NCBI GenBank assembly: GCA_964537135.1
Contig: CAZHZC010000010.1
Coordinates: forward strand, 3,866-67,865
Length of the DNA: 64,000 bases
Origin: an uncultured Rikenella sp.
GTDB lineage: Bacteria > Bacteroidota > Bacteroidia > Bacteroidales > VadinHA17
Direction of reading: 5' to 3'
Positions 61,485 through 64,000 of this stretch are shown here, in pieces. The notes under the pieces were generated by a model, which ran no database searches, was not told the DNA's origin, and was given only the letters and a program-made list of their open reading frames with translations. The translations under genes were made by a program, and so were the position numbers. Numbering within the stretch: position 1 is the stretch's first letter; the number at the start of each line of letters is the position of its first letter.

Positions 61485-61541
61485 AAAATTTTGATCTTTC
61501 GACAACAGGACTTAAGTTTAACTTTCACGGGATTAAAGTTA
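61485..61541. repeat. Right copy of the ~58-nt direct repeat
   Basis: It consists of aaaattttgatct (61485-61497) and agtttaactttcacgggattaaagtta (61515-61541). The first block is 13/13 identical to the left copy and the second 25/27. Confidence 0.8.
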
Positions 61542-61650
61542 GGATTATAATCCGTTCTGAACGGCTATAGAATGCCCTAAAACTTAAATCGGCTTCATAC
61601 AGTGTTCTGCTCATTGTTGTAGGTCCAGTTGTTGCAAACTCATTAAATTA

Positions 61651-62208
61651 ATGTATGCCGGCAACATTTATGCCCAGAGGTGGAAGTCGCTGGCAATTCT
61701 TGAGCAGACATTGCTTGAAATAAATTAAACTAAATATAAGTCACAGCTAGAAATATACACCAATACACCGTTGAGTAAACGAATGAGAAAAAGTTTAGAT
61801 ATTCCCGTAAGTGTCTTAATAAACGATAGCGTACCGGCAGATTAAATTTCGTTGCTCCACTCTGATGCGGACATATTGATACATGCCGAACCGCTTGGTT
61901 TGAAAGGAAGATTAACTGTACGTTACTCCTTTTTCACCAAGTTGGTTGATTACTTTCATACACATCGTACTATTCTTGCAGTAGGCCCTAGGGGTATAGC
62001 TTCAATGGATTATTTGATTCAAAATGATGCGGGGATTGTAACCAGAAGCTTAGCTGAAATTAAAACAGCTTTAAGAAGACTTACAGAAGATTCTAAAATG
62101 CTCGAAGAATATGCCGTGAAAGCTTGGGCTTGCGGTAGACGCAATCATCAGATCACAGAGATCCAGACCATGGTTTATAATGATCTTAAATTCTTAATAA
62201 AAGAATGA
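61651..62208 (+). pseudogene. 5'-truncated glycosyltransferase remnant with two in-frame TAA stops
   Basis: One reading frame gives MYAGNIYAQRWKSLAILEQTLLEIN, then TAA at 61726. It continues TKYKSQLEIYTNTPLSKRMRKSLDIPVSVLINDSVPAD, then TAA at 61843, then ISLLHSDADILIHAEPLG... to the stop at 62208. The pattern resembles the C-terminal half of a GT1/GT4 enzyme. Confidence 0.6.
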
Positions 62209-63407
62209 GAGTATTGCAGATTAATGCAGTCAATGGTATTAGTAGTACTGGAAGATCATCTGTAGAGTTGGCTGATTATCTAAACTATAATAATCATGAG
62301 GCTCACATTGCCTATGCTGGAGGAATTGCTTATTTTAAAGAATACAAAATCGGATCAGAAGCTAATAGAAAACTCCATTCTCTGTTGTCAAGGATTACAG
62401 GAAAGCAGGCCTATTTTTCAGTAAGAAGTACACATAGGCTTTTACAATACATTAGTGAGCTAAAACCTGATATTGTACATTTACGCAATCTTCATTCCAA
62501 TTTTATACACCTTGGCTTGCTTTTAAGCTTCTTATCAGAAAAGGATATTCCAACAGTGCTAACTCTGCATGATTGTTGGTTTTTTACCGGGAAATGCACA
62601 CATTATACCGTTGATGAATGTTACAAATGGCAGGATGAATGTGGCAAATGCCCTCGACTTAAAAAAGATAATCCATCCTGGTTCTTTGATCGTACCAAAG
62701 AAATGTTAAATGATAAGAAGAACTGGTTTGGCATGATTCCCAGGCTTGCTGTAGTAGGAGTTTCTGATTGGATTTCCGATGAAGCTCGGAAATCATTACT
62801 CTCTTCTGCTAAACTTATTACTAGAATTTATAACTGGATTGATCTTGATGTATTCAAACCTGTCGATACAACGGAACTTCGCCCCAAGTTGGGATTACAA
62901 GAGAAATACATCATACTAGGTGTATCAAGTGGGTGGAGCAACTCCAAAGGGTTAGACCAGTTTATTGAGCTCTCCGGGTTGATAACAGAGGAAATGGTTA
63001 TTATTTTGGTTGGAAGAATGAGTAAAAGAATCAAATTGCCTCATAACATTAGACATATTAACGAGATTCATGATGTTGACAGGTTGGCAGAATACTATTC
63101 CTTAGCTGATGTTTTAGTTCATTTTTCAATGGAGGAAACATTTGGGAAGACTATAGCTGAGGCAAATGCCTGTGGGACTCCTGCCGTAGTCTTAAATTCC
63201 ACTGCCTGTCCTGAAACTCTAGGAAAGGATTGTGGGATTGTTGTTAATAATAATAAGACCGAAGAAGTATATGAAGCGATCAAGCATATTCAGCGCATAG
63301 GCAAAGCGAACTACTCAAAAGTATGTCAAACTAGTGTGAGAGAAAGGTATAATTATCTATCCCAGGCGAAAAAATATTTGAATCTCTATAATCATTTGTT
63401 GCAGTGA
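62205..63407 (+). CDS. Glycosyltransferase family 4-like
   Basis: The 400-aa product has the C-terminal motif EETFGKTIAEANACGTPAVV. Its ATGA start overlaps the remnant upstream. Confidence 0.8.
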   Translation: MRVLQINAVNGISSTGRSSVELADYLNYNNHEAHIAYAGGIAYFKEYKIGSEANRKLHSLLSRITGKQAYFSVRSTHRLLQYISELKPDIVHLRNLHSNFIHLGLLLSFLSEKDIPTVLTLHDCWFFTGKCTHYTVDECYKWQDECGKCPRLKKDNPSWFFDRTKEMLNDKKNWFGMIPRLAVVGVSDWISDEARKSLLSSAKLITRIYNWIDLDVFKPVDTTELRPKLGLQEKYIILGVSSGWSNSKGLDQFIELSGLITEEMVIILVGRMSKRIKLPHNIRHINEIHDVDRLAEYYSLADVLVHFSMEETFGKTIAEANACGTPAVVLNSTACPETLGKDCGIVVNNNKTEEVYEAIKHIQRIGKANYSKVCQTSVRERYNYLSQAKKYLNLYNHLLQ

Positions 63408-64000
63408 CGTTTAATCTCCTGGTAATATCTCTTACTGTTTTCTTGGGATTAGTATTTGCCGATCCAAAAATTATTGGCTGGCCTGAAGAGGCTAAAAGGA
63501 AAGGTTATATCATAGTAGTTTGCCTTATACTCATCCTTCAGTCGGGCCTCAGACATGTTGCCGTTGGTGCCGATACCTATGCATATTATATGACATTTGA
63601 GTGGGTAAAGAAGACTGAAATGAATACTCTGATTAATTACTTTTTAGAGTTTTATAAATCTAATCTGGGTAAGGATCCCGGCTATAATATTTTACAGAAG
63701 CTATTTCAATATATAAGTGGCAGTTACAGAATGTTTTTATTATTTATTGCGATACTCTTTTTTACTTCATTTGGCCATTTTGTTTATAAAAATACAGAAA
63801 CTATTGTACAGGCAATTTTTTCATTTGTATTGTATTCGGCGTTGTTCTATTCTTTTTTTTCTATCACAGGTCATCGCCAGACCATTGCAACCGCTTTAGT
63901 ACTTTTTGGTTTTGAATTAATCAAAAGGCGAAAACTGATTCTTTTTCTGACAATTATTTTTACAGCCTCGACGATACATCGCTCTTCCCTTATATTTTTG
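63404..64000 (+). CDS. EpsG-family polysaccharide polymerase (Wzy-like), 3' end beyond the window
   Basis: A GTG start overlaps the preceding TGA, and 199 codons are open to the window edge. It is multi-TM with the EpsG-like segment SGLRHVAVGADTYAYY. It is absent from the ORF track because no stop is reached. Confidence 0.7.
   Translation, partial: MTFNLLVISLTVFLGLVFADPKIIGWPEEAKRKGYIIVVCLILILQSGLRHVAVGADTYAYYMTFEWVKKTEMNTLINYFLEFYKSNLGKDPGYNILQKLFQYISGSYRMFLLFIAILFFTSFGHFVYKNTETIVQAIFSFVLYSALFYSFFSITGHRQTIATALVLFGFELIKRRKLILFLTIIFTASTIHRSSLIFL

Overview
This window looks like a chromosomal segment of a Bacteroidota, probably Bacteroidales-like, genome. The clues are TAnnTTTG-type -7 promoter boxes, a UpxY-type antiterminator, many lipoproteins, and little reliance on Shine-Dalgarno sequences. 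The first ~42 kb is mostly housekeeping. It carries a tRNA with anticodon CAT, an mtnA plus class II aldolase pair, a TetR regulator, lgt, two ROK kinase paralogs around a CBM9-like gene, an acyl-CoA ligase, ispD, a LytTR two-component pair, and a SPOR protein. It continues with a truncated GIY-YIG gene next to tRNA-Val, a PAS histidine kinase, a thioester-type alpha-2-macroglobulin/PBP1C operon, dnaG, a YhbP-like gene, ubiX, ribE, ileS, a DksA/TraR-like gene and a CotH lipoprotein. From ~42.3 kb to the window end lies a polysaccharide (capsule/EPS) locus. It holds an initiating sugar transferase, a Wzi-like protein, an embedded hipBA toxin-antitoxin pair, upxY, wza, two tandem wzc tyrosine-kinase paralogs and three tandem small beta-barrel paralogs. 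These are followed by wecB, ugd, a lipoprotein coupled to a signal-less papain-like peptidase, a small holin-like membrane protein, an HNH gene bracketed by direct repeats, a decayed glycosyltransferase, a GT4 glycosyltransferase and an EpsG-type polymerase that runs off the window edge. The most unusual thing I can see directly is the density of unrelated, locus-specific short tandem repeats. They fill most intergenic spacers and are also inserted in frame into conserved enzymes (Lgt, IspD, UbiX, PBP1C, alpha-2-macroglobulin, the Wzi-like protein and a GNAT-like protein). No CRISPR array, rRNA, transposase or integrase was recognised. All family assignments come from reading motifs in the supplied translations, not from database searches.
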